Notes: generated by a model not told the origin, from the sequence alone. A DNA stretch of 64,000 nucleotides from Bacteroidia bacterium (GCA_030425505.1 JAUIAB010000003.1:1-64000), one strand, 5' to 3'. Positions 29,125 to 39,396 are shown, counted from the stretch's first letter. A program made the numbers and translations.

Positions 29125-29723
29125 CTTTGATACCTTACTAATTACTATTTTTATATTAACTATCAATTATAGCATGTAAAGCACTCGCTATTATGAACTC
29201 ACAGACTTGTACTGGTATAAACTATTGCGCTAAAACGAAATTCAGTTTAAAGAAAGTGTTTTAATATACTTTTAATACAAACTTTGACTATTTTTTCTTT
29301 TTTACAAAGGGAAAGAATAAAGTGGGAGAAAAACTTTATACGAGCCAAATTCATTTTATCTTTAAAATGAGAAGAAAGGGCTAGAGATAATTCATTACTT
29401 TTATAAGAAGTATTGGTTTTCTTCATTAGAACAATAGGTGATTTTATTATTCTAATACACTGAAAACCAATAATTTCTGAAAACGCGCCACTCTAATATT
29501 TTACCAAATATCAGGTGGAAATGGCATTTTTGTCATATACTTAGCACATTCTTATATTATTTCAGTTTTATCAATACCCTTTTTAAGAATTAATTTGGTG
29601 TAACTTCTCAATAAAGCTCTTTGCGAAAAAAGTTATTGCCTCACTAATAAAAACAGCCATACTATCTTTCCAATCAAAAGTTCCATATATTCCCAAAAAA
29701 CCCATAAGCTCCCATATAATGCC

Positions 29724-29969
29724 TTAGACTATTACAGCCAATACAATCTGCTTATTTTTTTCTTTATTTGAAATACCTTTTCTAATTCCCCAAACAAAAA
29801 AGCAAAAGCAAATAACAGAAGCTAAACTTCCAATTGTATCTGCAAAACCAAAGTCATTTATACTATACTTATAGATATAAGGTCTATAAAAAGTATTTAG
29901 TAACATACCTATAGTAAGAATGCATAAGCTAGTTGTCAGATAAACTTTTTTCTTTTTATTAACTGTCAT
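29724..29969 (-). CDS. Small hypothetical membrane protein
   Basis: 81-aa ORF with two hydrophobic helices. It follows a 600-bp AT-rich non-coding gap, so its coding status is uncertain. Confidence 0.3.
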   Translation of the reverse strand: MTVNKKKKVYLTTSLCILTIGMLLNTFYRPYIYKYSINDFGFADTIGSLASVICFCFFVWGIRKGISNKEKNKQIVLAVIV

Positions 29970-29975
29970 AAATAT

Positions 29976-32021
29976 TTATAACCTACCCATATCAAACCTC
30001 CATACTCCTCTTCCATAAGTACTAACATAAAGTTTTCGAGTTTTATAATGAATATCAATGTCCATAACTCGCGTATTTGGTAAGCCTCCACCAACTTTTT
30101 CCCAATATATCTTATCTGAATCAGAGCTGTAAAGCCCAAGCTCAGTACCAAGAAACAGTTTATTAGAAACCTCATCATATACTATACTCAAAACAGGAAT
30201 ATTTGGTAGATTCTCAGATATATTTTCAAAAGATTTACCCCGGTTCTTTGAAAAGAAAACCTTTCTACCTTCATTATAACCTTCATCTATTATCCATAGC
30301 TGATCTCTTTTACTCGGGTGGGGTTCTAACCTCTTTAACTTTTTAGAATCAAAATCATATCTAGACCAGCTTCTTCCCCCATTTGATGACTCTAGGATGG
30401 AAGATTTTGTAATAGCATAAATAGAACGATCATCATTTTTAGTAAATCGAATATCTCTGATTTTCTCATCAGCTGAAATATTTTTATCAGCAATTTTTTC
30501 CCATGTATCTCCATAATTATAACTCAAAAATATTTCCTTAGATGCAACAATTATCTTCCCCGATAGCTGCCAGCTAAGATCAAAAGGAGATACCCAATCC
30601 GCCTTACCCTTATATCCAGGAATATTCTTTTCAATTCTTTTCTTTGTTTTCCATCCATCCATTGTTCTATACAACTCCTTACCTGAAGGAAAAGTAGAAA
30701 AACCAACCTTAGCATTTTGAGGGTCGATCGCATTGCTTACTGCATCTCCTCCATTACCGTTAATCAAACCAGTTTCTGGAGAGTAGAATCCTCCGCCATT
30801 ATCTTGGGAACCAAAGAAATATGTATTTTCAGCACTTTGAGCAACAAATGTTCTGTAAACCTGAGTAATGCACAGACCATCATTTAGCTCCTTCCATTTA
30901 CCTGTCGACTCCGAGTACTCATAAACACCTCCATCATTACCCCAGTATATCTTATCATTTAGAGGATTATATACAGTAACCCACTGGTCTAAATGAACAT
31001 AGTCCTCACCCTTTTGCGTCGTGAGGTTTTCAAACGTTTTTCCGTTATCCAATGATCTTTTAATTCTTCCATACCCAGAGTAGATTATATCTTCATTTTT
31101 TGGAGACACAAATATTCTACTCTTTTTTAAATGATCAATCCTATCATTAGAAACCCAGGTTTCACCATTATCTAAAGAGTAATGGATTTTCTTTTCATCA
31201 CCTATTACTGTCTGAACAACAACTTTGTTTGGATTAGCTGGTGTCACCGCTACATTTAGCTTTCCATTTTCTTCAAAATCAAAATTGGTAACATTTTTCC
31301 AGCTTAAGCCTCTATCTTCAGATTTAAAAAGATCTGTATTTACCCCCTTATAATCCCACCAAGCCAAATAAGCTATATTCGGGTTTTTAGTATGAAAAGC
31401 TATTTCCAGAGCGTTTCCCCACCCTCCCTTAGAAGATTTTGGAAGACCTTCATTTGCCAGATGAAAACTAATCCCATCAGTCGATCGATATACTCCCGCT
31501 GTAGTAGCAACTATCAACAAATTTGGTATGTGGGGACTACCTTTCATATCAAGATAAGCAACTCTATCTTCTAGTTTAGTATTCAAAGAAGTGGCACTCC
31601 AGGTATTTCCTCCATCCGTACTTCTGTAAACACCCATCCCATAATCCCACCATCCTACCCTATCTCCTACAGTAATATGAATAGTATTGGGGTTAGCTTG
31701 ATCAACTACTACATTACCCGCAGAATTGTAAGGCAAATTATCACCTATTGACCTATAAGACCTTCCTCCATCTTCCGTTTCCCAAATTCCTCCTTTTGGT
31801 GCTCCTACGTAAAAAATATTTTCATCGGTAGGATGAAAAGCGATATCACTAACTCTTCCCATTCCCCAATACTGTCCAGAACGCTTTTTAGGTCCCAGAA
31901 ACTCCCATACAGAGCTTTTATTCTCTTGAGAATACGAGTACAAGTTTGTTACAATGAGCAGTAAAGTTGCTTTCACTAAGGTTTTTGTACGATTTTTTTC
32001 AAAAAAAACAGTCTTTGCCAT
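29976..32021 (-). CDS. Secreted BNR/Asp-box repeat beta-propeller protein (sortilin-Vps10 / GH74 / Ycf48-like fold), paralog 1
   Basis: 681 aa with a signal peptide and multiple Asp-box motifs (STDGGNTW, SEDRGLSW, SLDNGETW, SLDNGKTF, SNGGRSW, SKNRGKSF). Confidence 0.7.
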   Translation of the reverse strand: MAKTVFFEKNRTKTLVKATLLLIVTNLYSYSQENKSSVWEFLGPKKRSGQYWGMGRVSDIAFHPTDENIFYVGAPKGGIWETEDGGRSYRSIGDNLPYNSAGNVVVDQANPNTIHITVGDRVGWWDYGMGVYRSTDGGNTWSATSLNTKLEDRVAYLDMKGSPHIPNLLIVATTAGVYRSTDGISFHLANEGLPKSSKGGWGNALEIAFHTKNPNIAYLAWWDYKGVNTDLFKSEDRGLSWKNVTNFDFEENGKLNVAVTPANPNKVVVQTVIGDEKKIHYSLDNGETWVSNDRIDHLKKSRIFVSPKNEDIIYSGYGRIKRSLDNGKTFENLTTQKGEDYVHLDQWVTVYNPLNDKIYWGNDGGVYEYSESTGKWKELNDGLCITQVYRTFVAQSAENTYFFGSQDNGGGFYSPETGLINGNGGDAVSNAIDPQNAKVGFSTFPSGKELYRTMDGWKTKKRIEKNIPGYKGKADWVSPFDLSWQLSGKIIVASKEIFLSYNYGDTWEKIADKNISADEKIRDIRFTKNDDRSIYAITKSSILESSNGGRSWSRYDFDSKKLKRLEPHPSKRDQLWIIDEGYNEGRKVFFSKNRGKSFENISENLPNIPVLSIVYDEVSNKLFLGTELGLYSSDSDKIYWEKVGGGLPNTRVMDIDIHYKTRKLYVSTYGRGVWRFDMGRL

Positions 32022-32029
32022 AATATTTA

Positions 32030-34051
32030 TTATTGATTAATACTTTTAATATCTATTCTCCATAAGCCTCTCCCAAAAGTGCTTACATATAGCTTTCGAG
32101 TTTTATGATGAATCTCTAGATCCATTACCAGAGTATTTGGAATTATACCATCTATCTTTTTCCAGTTTACTGTCTGAGTACCAATAAAGAATATTCCCAA
32201 TTCAGTACCAACAAATAAACTCTTTGTTACATCATCATATACTAAACAATAGACTGGTATATTAGGAAGGTTTGCAGAGATATTTTCAAACGATTTCCCC
32301 CTATTGCTCGAAAAAAACACTTTCTTCCCATCCTCATACTTACAGTTAACGACCCATAGCTTATTTCCATCTTCTGGATGAGGAATTATTCTTCTTAGAT
32401 TTTTTACATCTAAAGAATGTATATTCCAATTTTTTCCATTATTAGAAGACTCACATACAGCGTTTTCAGTAATAGAATAAATCGAATTGTTATCTTTTGG
32501 AGAAAACTGTATATCTATTATTTTATCTCCTTTTTCAAGACCAGTAATACACTTCTCCCAGGTTTCCCCATAATCATAGCTAAGGAAAATGTTTTCTGAG
32601 GCTACCGCAACACAACCCAAAACAACAGAACTTAGTGCTAGAGGGGTTTTCCATGTTGCAGTACCATAATAATTAGGGACTTTTTTTTCGATTTTTTCTG
32701 AAATTTCCCAACCATCAAATGTTCTGTGAATTGCCCTACCAGATGGATATGTTGAGAATATTACTTTGTTATTTGATACATCGATTGCATTGCTTACAGC
32801 ATCACCTCCATTCGTATTTACCCAGCCTGTTTTTGGAGTGAAGTATGCTCCGCCATTGTCCTGAGTTCCAATTATATACTCATCTACAGTACTTTGTGAT
32901 ATCGATGCTCTATGAATTTGAGTTATAGCTAAAGTATTACTTAACTCTTTCCATAAGTCTGCTCCTTCCTGATACTCGTAAATACCTCCATCATTACCCC
33001 AGTATATCTTGTCATTCAGCGGATTATACACAGTAACCCATTGATCACCATGTACTCTAACTTTTCCTCTGGTTGAGGTCAAGTTTTCAAAGCTCTTTCC
33101 CCCATCTACAGACTTTTTAATTTTAGTAAATCCTGTATAAAGGACACCTTCATTTTTCTGAGAAATAAATAATCTGCTTTTTTTATTCGTGTAATCTTCT
33201 AAATCATAGGTAACCCAGTTTTTCCCATTATCTAAAGAAGAATGTATTTGTGCTTTTTCATCAACTACCGTTTGAACTACAAGCTTATTAACATTAGCAA
33301 TAGTAACCGCTGCTGATATTGCTCCTCTGCTTTTGAATGGCTGATAAAATAACTCCTTCCATGAGTGCCCCCTATCCTGAGACTTAAACAAAATTACTTT
33401 TTTATTTCTCTTATCCCACCAGGTCAAATAAACTATATTACTATTTTTAAGGTGGAAAACGATTTCCTGAGGATTTCCTCTTCCTCCTTGAGAAGGTCTA
33501 GGTAAGTCTTCTTCAACTAACCGAAAGTCTTCTCTATTTTCACTTCGAAAAACACCTTTATTCGTTGCAACTAAAATTAAATCAGATATATGAGGACTTT
33601 CTTTCATGTCTAAATAAGTCACTTTTTCTTCTAAATCAGAAACTAAGCTTGTAGATTGCCATGAAACCCCTCCATTTTCCGTTTTATAGATGCCCATTCC
33701 ATAATTCCACCAACCCATTCTATCGCCTAAAGTAACTCGGATTATCTGTGGGTTATCTTTACTGACTACTATGTTGCCCACAGAGTTATAAGGAAGGTTA
33801 TCTCCAATAGATTCATATGACTCCCCACCGTTCGTGGTTTTCCAAATACCCCCATGTGGAGCTCCTACATAAAAAATATTAGCATTAGTAGGATGAAACG
33901 CAATATCCGTAACTCTACCCATGCCCCAATACCCACCTGACCTTTCTAAAGGACCTAAAAATTCTGAAGAACTATATGTTTGAGCAAAGCAATACTTTGC
34001 AAGCAATAGAGAAAATACTAAGAAAATAAGCTTTTTAGTTTTTTGAAGCAT
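32030..34051 (-). CDS. Secreted BNR/Asp-box repeat beta-propeller protein, tandem paralog 2
   Basis: 673 aa. The protein is colinear with paralog 1 (EFLGP..RSG.YWGMGRV.DIAFHPT..NIFYVGAP.GGIW.T..GG.SY.SIGDNLPYNS). DNA is ~85% identical over conserved blocks, e.g. 30935-30995 versus 32985-33045. Confidence 0.7.
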   Translation of the reverse strand: MLQKTKKLIFLVFSLLLAKYCFAQTYSSSEFLGPLERSGGYWGMGRVTDIAFHPTNANIFYVGAPHGGIWKTTNGGESYESIGDNLPYNSVGNIVVSKDNPQIIRVTLGDRMGWWNYGMGIYKTENGGVSWQSTSLVSDLEEKVTYLDMKESPHISDLILVATNKGVFRSENREDFRLVEEDLPRPSQGGRGNPQEIVFHLKNSNIVYLTWWDKRNKKVILFKSQDRGHSWKELFYQPFKSRGAISAAVTIANVNKLVVQTVVDEKAQIHSSLDNGKNWVTYDLEDYTNKKSRLFISQKNEGVLYTGFTKIKKSVDGGKSFENLTSTRGKVRVHGDQWVTVYNPLNDKIYWGNDGGIYEYQEGADLWKELSNTLAITQIHRASISQSTVDEYIIGTQDNGGAYFTPKTGWVNTNGGDAVSNAIDVSNNKVIFSTYPSGRAIHRTFDGWEISEKIEKKVPNYYGTATWKTPLALSSVVLGCVAVASENIFLSYDYGETWEKCITGLEKGDKIIDIQFSPKDNNSIYSITENAVCESSNNGKNWNIHSLDVKNLRRIIPHPEDGNKLWVVNCKYEDGKKVFFSSNRGKSFENISANLPNIPVYCLVYDDVTKSLFVGTELGIFFIGTQTVNWKKIDGIIPNTLVMDLEIHHKTRKLYVSTFGRGLWRIDIKSINQ

Positions 34052-34087
34052 TAAGAATATTCAAACATGTTTCTGAAAGAACGATTA

Positions 34088-34630
34088 TCATTCCATATTG
34101 TTATTATCTATCACTTTAAAAGAAGTAGGAGAAACTATTCTCAAAAATGACTTTGTCGTAACTCCTAAAGCTTGAATAAAAAGTAGAACAAAGCCTATTA
34201 ATATAAACCCTTTGGTAATATATCTAAATGGCAACCCTCCCGGATCTGTAGAGGTTTCTTTCATCTTCCAAGATACTTCTATATATGGAATAGCTCCTTT
34301 TAATATTATCCAACAAAATGGAATTAAAAAGAGTATGCTTCCAATTAGGTTTACCCAATTCTTACCCTTAGAACTCATCTTATCGTAAAAAATATCTACT
34401 CGAACATGTTTATCGTTTTTTAAAGTATAAGATGCTCCAAATAAAAAAATAATGGAAAAAAAGTGCCACTCCATTTCAAATAAAGATGCACTAGAAAAGT
34501 TGAAAAAATATCTTGCAACAACATCTATAAAAATAACTACAACAAGCAACAAACATGCTATTGCACTTATTTTTCCTGATAAAGAGCTTACCTTATCAAT
34601 AATAAATAAAACTCTTCGTATAGATTGCAT
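34088..34630 (-). CDS. TRAP-transporter small permease (DctQ)-like membrane protein, orphan (no dctM or dctP nearby)
   Basis: 180 aa with 4 predicted TM helices and the DctQ-like pattern ...VARYFFNFSSASLFEMEWHFFSIIFLFGASYTLKNDKHVRVDIF... Confidence 0.5.
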   Translation of the reverse strand: MQSIRRVLFIIDKVSSLSGKISAIACLLLVVVIFIDVVARYFFNFSSASLFEMEWHFFSIIFLFGASYTLKNDKHVRVDIFYDKMSSKGKNWVNLIGSILFLIPFCWIILKGAIPYIEVSWKMKETSTDPGGLPFRYITKGFILIGFVLLFIQALGVTTKSFLRIVSPTSFKVIDNNNME

Positions 34631-34991
34631 GCTGAATATCTTAAGTCTATTGCCAATCTAATGAAAACTAAGAAGTTATTTAAATACAAACATTTAATAT
34701 TGGCGTGATCGAATTTGCAACACTATGTTCAAAAATGTACAATTCTTTATTATGTAATAATAGTTTAGGGGATGCCTTGAATAAACCCAAAACAAAAAAC
34801 ACAGTGCATTTGGCTTTAAATAAAAGAAAAGGTTTTATGTTTTTTGTTATTTCTCTTTGGTACAAAGATTGTCTACGTTTGGAGTTGACGATATTGGATT
34901 AATCTAGGATTAAAGTGTAAAAACATAGTCACTATATATTAGTTCAACTAATAGCTTAAAACAGTTTTAAGCCAATAATTTTATTAGCTGT

Positions 34992-36143
34992 ATGATACGA
35001 AAAGTAGTTGTTGTATTTCTAGCCCTGTTTGTAATCTTTGGATCTTTTTTCTTAATGAAAGTTTTATCGGGCAGTAAAAAGCCCCCTCAAAAAAGGAAAG
35101 CTGTTGAGTCTAAAAAGTATGTTAAAACTAGTCCAATTGCCTACAGTGAAATCTCTACCCAAATTGAAGTATTTGGTAGAGTTGCATCTGCTTTACCACT
35201 TTCGATTATATCAGAAAGCTCTGGGAAAATCAGGCAAGGAAGTGCTTCTTTAAAAGAAGGAGCTCGATTTAAAAAAGGAGATCTTCTTTTTAAAATTGAT
35301 AGTAGAGAAGCAGAGCTTAATCTCAAGTCACAAAAAAGCTCTTTTTTAAGAGACATAGCAGGAGTATTAGCAGACTTTAAAATTGACTTTCCTGAAAGCT
35401 TTTCTACCTGGCAGAATTACTTTAACTCTATAGATATTGATTCTCCTCTGCCAAAAATGCCTGATGTACTGTCAGAAAAAGAGAAAGTCTACCTAGCAAC
35501 TAAAAATATTTTTGCTTCTTACTACAATATATTGAGTAGAGAAGAAAATCTGTCAAAATACAAAGTATATGCGCCATTTAATGGTTCAATAATCTCTGTT
35601 AATATGCAACTAGGTGCTTTTGCAAACCCTGGAGCCAAAGTTTTAGACATAATTAAGTCTAATGCTCTTGAGCTTAAAGCTCCTATGAGTGTAGATGATG
35701 TAGCTTGGCTTAAAAAAGGTTCAGGTGTAACTGTATCTAATGAAACTCAAACTTTAAAATGGGAAGGAAAAATTTCTAGAATCGCAAGTACTGTCAATCC
35801 AAACACACAATCTATTGATGTTTTTATCGACATAAAACCTAATACTAATCCTATTTTTGAAGGCATGTATCTCAAAGCTGAAATTCCAGGTAATACTATT
35901 GCAAAAGGGATGAGAATACCTAGAAGTTCTGTATTTAATAATAAATATGTCTACATAGTAGAAGATAGCTCCCTAAAAAGTAAAGAAATTAATATCCTAA
36001 AAGTAGATGACGAATCGTTGGTTTTTGAAGGGGTAGATGAAGGGCTTAACCTGGTCATAGAACCATTGATAAATGCATATGATAATATGAGAGTATTCAA
36101 ATTAGAAGAAGAGCAAAACCAAAACGTAAGTATCAGCAAGTAA
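34992..36143 (+). CDS. RND efflux periplasmic adaptor (membrane fusion protein, HlyD family)
   Basis: 383 aa with an N-terminal TM anchor and biotinyl/lipoyl-like and beta-barrel MFP regions (GDLLFKIDSREAEL...; YKVYAPFNGSI). Confidence 0.8.
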   Translation: MIRKVVVVFLALFVIFGSFFLMKVLSGSKKPPQKRKAVESKKYVKTSPIAYSEISTQIEVFGRVASALPLSIISESSGKIRQGSASLKEGARFKKGDLLFKIDSREAELNLKSQKSSFLRDIAGVLADFKIDFPESFSTWQNYFNSIDIDSPLPKMPDVLSEKEKVYLATKNIFASYYNILSREENLSKYKVYAPFNGSIISVNMQLGAFANPGAKVLDIIKSNALELKAPMSVDDVAWLKKGSGVTVSNETQTLKWEGKISRIASTVNPNTQSIDVFIDIKPNTNPIFEGMYLKAEIPGNTIAKGMRIPRSSVFNNKYVYIVEDSSLKSKEINILKVDDESLVFEGVDEGLNLVIEPLINAYDNMRVFKLEEEQNQNVSISK

Positions 36144-36182
36144 ATAATTCTAATGTCTGTTTAAGGTTAACCCATAGCTTTT

Positions 36183-39100
36183 ATGAGGAAAATTATAGAG
36201 CAATTTGTCAAATACGGAATTCTATCTAATACAGTTATTGCAGTTACCATTATTGCTGGGGTAGTGGCTCTCTTAAATACAAAAAAGACATTCTTCCCTG
36301 AAAGAGAGCTAAAAGCAATAACTATCCAAATTACCTATCCAGGAGCTTCTCCTGAAGAAGTAGAAGAAGGAATAACCCAGAAAATTGAAGAAGAAATTCG
36401 AAATATTCCTGGAGTCGAAGAAATTAACTCTACCTCGTCTGAAAACTTTGCCAGCATCAATATTAAGATTTTGGAAAGTGAAGATCTAGATGATGCCTAT
36501 ACAGAAATTAAGAATGCTGTTGATAGAATTAGTTCTTTCCCAGTAGGAGTAGAACGACCGATTATCTTTAAAAACAGATCCAGATCTACAGTTTCTTGGG
36601 TTGCACTTTATAGTGAAGATAATTCTACAGATTTACTACGATTGAAAAGTGTTGCAGATAGAATTAGAGATGATTTTCTTAGAAGTGGAAAAGTTTCGCA
36701 GGTAATACTAAGTGGCTTTCCTCCACTCGAAATAGCTATTGAAGTAGCAGAAGAAAGATTGCTAGAGTACGGATTAACATTTGATCAGGTTTCTCAGGCA
36801 GTAAGTATGGCTAATAGAGATATTTCTGGAGGCTCTATCAAAACAAAAAATGAAGAAATCTTAATTAGATCCAGAGGGAAAAGAACAGAAGTTGATAAAA
36901 TCAAAGATATAGTCTTAAGAGCTAATAATGATGGTAGCCTTATTTTACTTAGGAATGTAGCTGATGTAAAACTCCAGTTTGAAGATAGACCCGTAAAAGA
37001 TATTCTTAATGGGAAACAAATAGTTTCTATTAGAGTAGACAAGCTTATCACGGAAGATATAGATGAAGTTGCAGGCTATGTAGAAGAATATGTAGAAAAA
37101 TTTAATAGTGAAACGGAAGGTTTAAAATTAGAAATTACTTTCAGCTTTATTGATATGCTGAAGCAGCGAATCAGCATGTTGCTTGAAAATGGGTTGATGG
37201 GTTTAATTTTAGTTCTAATTTCTTTAAGCCTTTTTTTAAATACTCGTCTATCTCTTTGGGTTGCTTGGGGTATTCCTTCCTCTTTCCTGGGTCTTTTCAT
37301 AATTGGAAGCTTTGTGGGTTTCACGATCAATATGATCTCTTTGTTTGGAATGATTCTGGTTATTGGAATTCTAGTAGATGATGGTATTGTAATAGCAGAA
37401 AATATATACTCCCATTTTGAAAAAGGGAAAAACCCCTACAGAGCTGCAGTAGATGGCACACTAGAAGTATTACCAGCTGTAACAACTTCTGTACTTACTA
37501 CAATGGTAGCCTTTACACCAATTCTGTTACTACAAAGTGGTTTTAGCTTCTTAAGAGATATGGCTATCGTAGTCATAGCAAGCCTTGGGTTTTCACTTTT
37601 AGAGGCTTTCTTTGTACTACCAGCTCACTTAGCAAGCCCTCATATTTTACGATCCAAAAAGAAAACCAATTTTGCAACAAAAATTAGAGGCAAGATAAAT
37701 CAGGCAATTAATTTCTTACGATATAAGATTTACGGTTCTGTTCTTCGTATTACAATGAAGTACAAGTGGGTAAGTATGGCTTTCTTAATAGCATTATTTC
37801 CTATTACTATCGGATTGTTTGGTGGGGGTTTCATTAAAGCCACTTTTTTCCCAAATATTCCTTTTTCTCAGATCAACTTGAATTTGACATTAAAGGCAGG
37901 TACAAGAGAACAAGTAGTAGAGAAAATGCTAGTTGATTTTGAGTCTAAAATTTGGGAAGTGAATAAAGAACTAAAGAAAAAATATGCTGAAGAAAAAGAT
38001 TTCGTTGAATATTCAATAATCTCCCTGGGAAATAACTCTGATGGAGAGTCTGGATCTCATGCGGGCACCATTCAAATATTTTATAGAGATATGGATGATA
38101 TGCCAATTAGCGGTAGAGACTTAGGACAAGCTATTTCCAAAAAGATTGGTAATGTATCAGAAGCAGAGAAGTTTTCTGTAGGAAATGTATCAAGGTTTGG
38201 TAAGCCAGTAGCAGTTAAGCTGATAGGCAAAAACTTCAAAGAATTAAATAGTGCTTCTGAGTTTTTGAAAGCTGAGTTAGCCAAGATTGATGCTCTGAAA
38301 GAAATCAAAGATGATCAATCCGTTGGTAATAGAGAGCTCAGGTTAGCTTTAAAATCGAAAGCACATTTTTTAGGCCTCACTCACAATGAAATATCAAGGC
38401 AGGTCAGACAAGGTTTTTTCGGTGATGAAGTTCAACGATTGCAAAAAGGAAAGGATGAAGTAAAAGTCTGGGTTCGATTCCCCAACTCAGGAAGGCTTAA
38501 TTTAGGACAGTTAGAAAAAATGAAAATCAAATATGCTGGTGCTGAGTATCCTCTTAATGAGCTAGTAGATTATAACATTAAAAGAGGAATATCCGATGTG
38601 AAGCATTTTCAAACGGCTAGAACAGTTACAGTAGATGCTGAGTTAGTTGATCCTTTTGCTGAGGTTCCTCCTATTACAAATAAAGTTTTTGGAGAAATTG
38701 TACCTCAACTAAAAGCTAAGTTTCCTGGAGTAATAATAGATACTGGTGGTCAGGTTAGAGAGAGCAATAAATCGAGGCAGGAAATGCTTTTATATTTTGC
38801 AGGAGCATTTTTTATCATGTTTTTAATAATAATGATAAACTTCAAATCTTTTTATCAGGCAGTTTTAATAGTCTCGATGATTCCATTAGGCTGGCTAGGT
38901 GCTACTTGGGGGCATGGTCTACACGGTCATCCTGTTTCCATCCTTAGTGCCTGGGGGATGGTGGCACTTTCAGGAGTTATTATCAACGATGCTGTAGTCT
39001 TTTTAGATAAATTTAACAGAAATATGAAAGAAGGAATGAGCGTTTATGATGCTGCCTATGATGCTGGACTGGCTAGGTTTAGACCTATACTTCTAACTTC

Positions 39101-39389
39101 TATTACCACCGTTTTAGGTCTTTATCCTTTAATACTAGAAACAAGCTTCCAGGCTCAGTTCCTCGTGCCAATGGCTATTTCTGTTGCTTGGGGAGTTTTA
39201 ATAGGAACTATGATCATCCTACTATTTTTCCCTGTTCTCATCTTATACTTCAATCAAGTAAGAGTATGGATGAAGTGGGCATGGACTGGCTCTAAACCAA
39301 AAAATGAAAATGTAGAAAGAGTGATAATTGATAAAGGCAAAGACAGATTACTCCACCCTAATGAAGAGATTGTTTTAGAAAAAGATTAA
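36183..39389 (+). CDS. RND efflux transporter permease (AcrB/CzcA superfamily)
   Basis: 1068 aa with 12-TM RND architecture and two large periplasmic loops. Conserved TM4 region VIGILVDDGIVIAENI. Confidence 0.9.
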   Translation: MRKIIEQFVKYGILSNTVIAVTIIAGVVALLNTKKTFFPERELKAITIQITYPGASPEEVEEGITQKIEEEIRNIPGVEEINSTSSENFASINIKILESEDLDDAYTEIKNAVDRISSFPVGVERPIIFKNRSRSTVSWVALYSEDNSTDLLRLKSVADRIRDDFLRSGKVSQVILSGFPPLEIAIEVAEERLLEYGLTFDQVSQAVSMANRDISGGSIKTKNEEILIRSRGKRTEVDKIKDIVLRANNDGSLILLRNVADVKLQFEDRPVKDILNGKQIVSIRVDKLITEDIDEVAGYVEEYVEKFNSETEGLKLEITFSFIDMLKQRISMLLENGLMGLILVLISLSLFLNTRLSLWVAWGIPSSFLGLFIIGSFVGFTINMISLFGMILVIGILVDDGIVIAENIYSHFEKGKNPYRAAVDGTLEVLPAVTTSVLTTMVAFTPILLLQSGFSFLRDMAIVVIASLGFSLLEAFFVLPAHLASPHILRSKKKTNFATKIRGKINQAINFLRYKIYGSVLRITMKYKWVSMAFLIALFPITIGLFGGGFIKATFFPNIPFSQINLNLTLKAGTREQVVEKMLVDFESKIWEVNKELKKKYAEEKDFVEYSIISLGNNSDGESGSHAGTIQIFYRDMDDMPISGRDLGQAISKKIGNVSEAEKFSVGNVSRFGKPVAVKLIGKNFKELNSASEFLKAELAKIDALKEIKDDQSVGNRELRLALKSKAHFLGLTHNEISRQVRQGFFGDEVQRLQKGKDEVKVWVRFPNSGRLNLGQLEKMKIKYAGAEYPLNELVDYNIKRGISDVKHFQTARTVTVDAELVDPFAEVPPITNKVFGEIVPQLKAKFPGVIIDTGGQVRESNKSRQEMLLYFAGAFFIMFLIIMINFKSFYQAVLIVSMIPLGWLGATWGHGLHGHPVSILSAWGMVALSGVIINDAVVFLDKFNRNMKEGMSVYDAAYDAGLARFRPILLTSITTVLGLYPLILETSFQAQFLVPMAISVAWGVLIGTMIILLFFPVLILYFNQVRVWMKWAWTGSKPKNENVERVIIDKGKDRLLHPNEEIVLEKD

Positions 39390-39396
39390 ATAAAGT

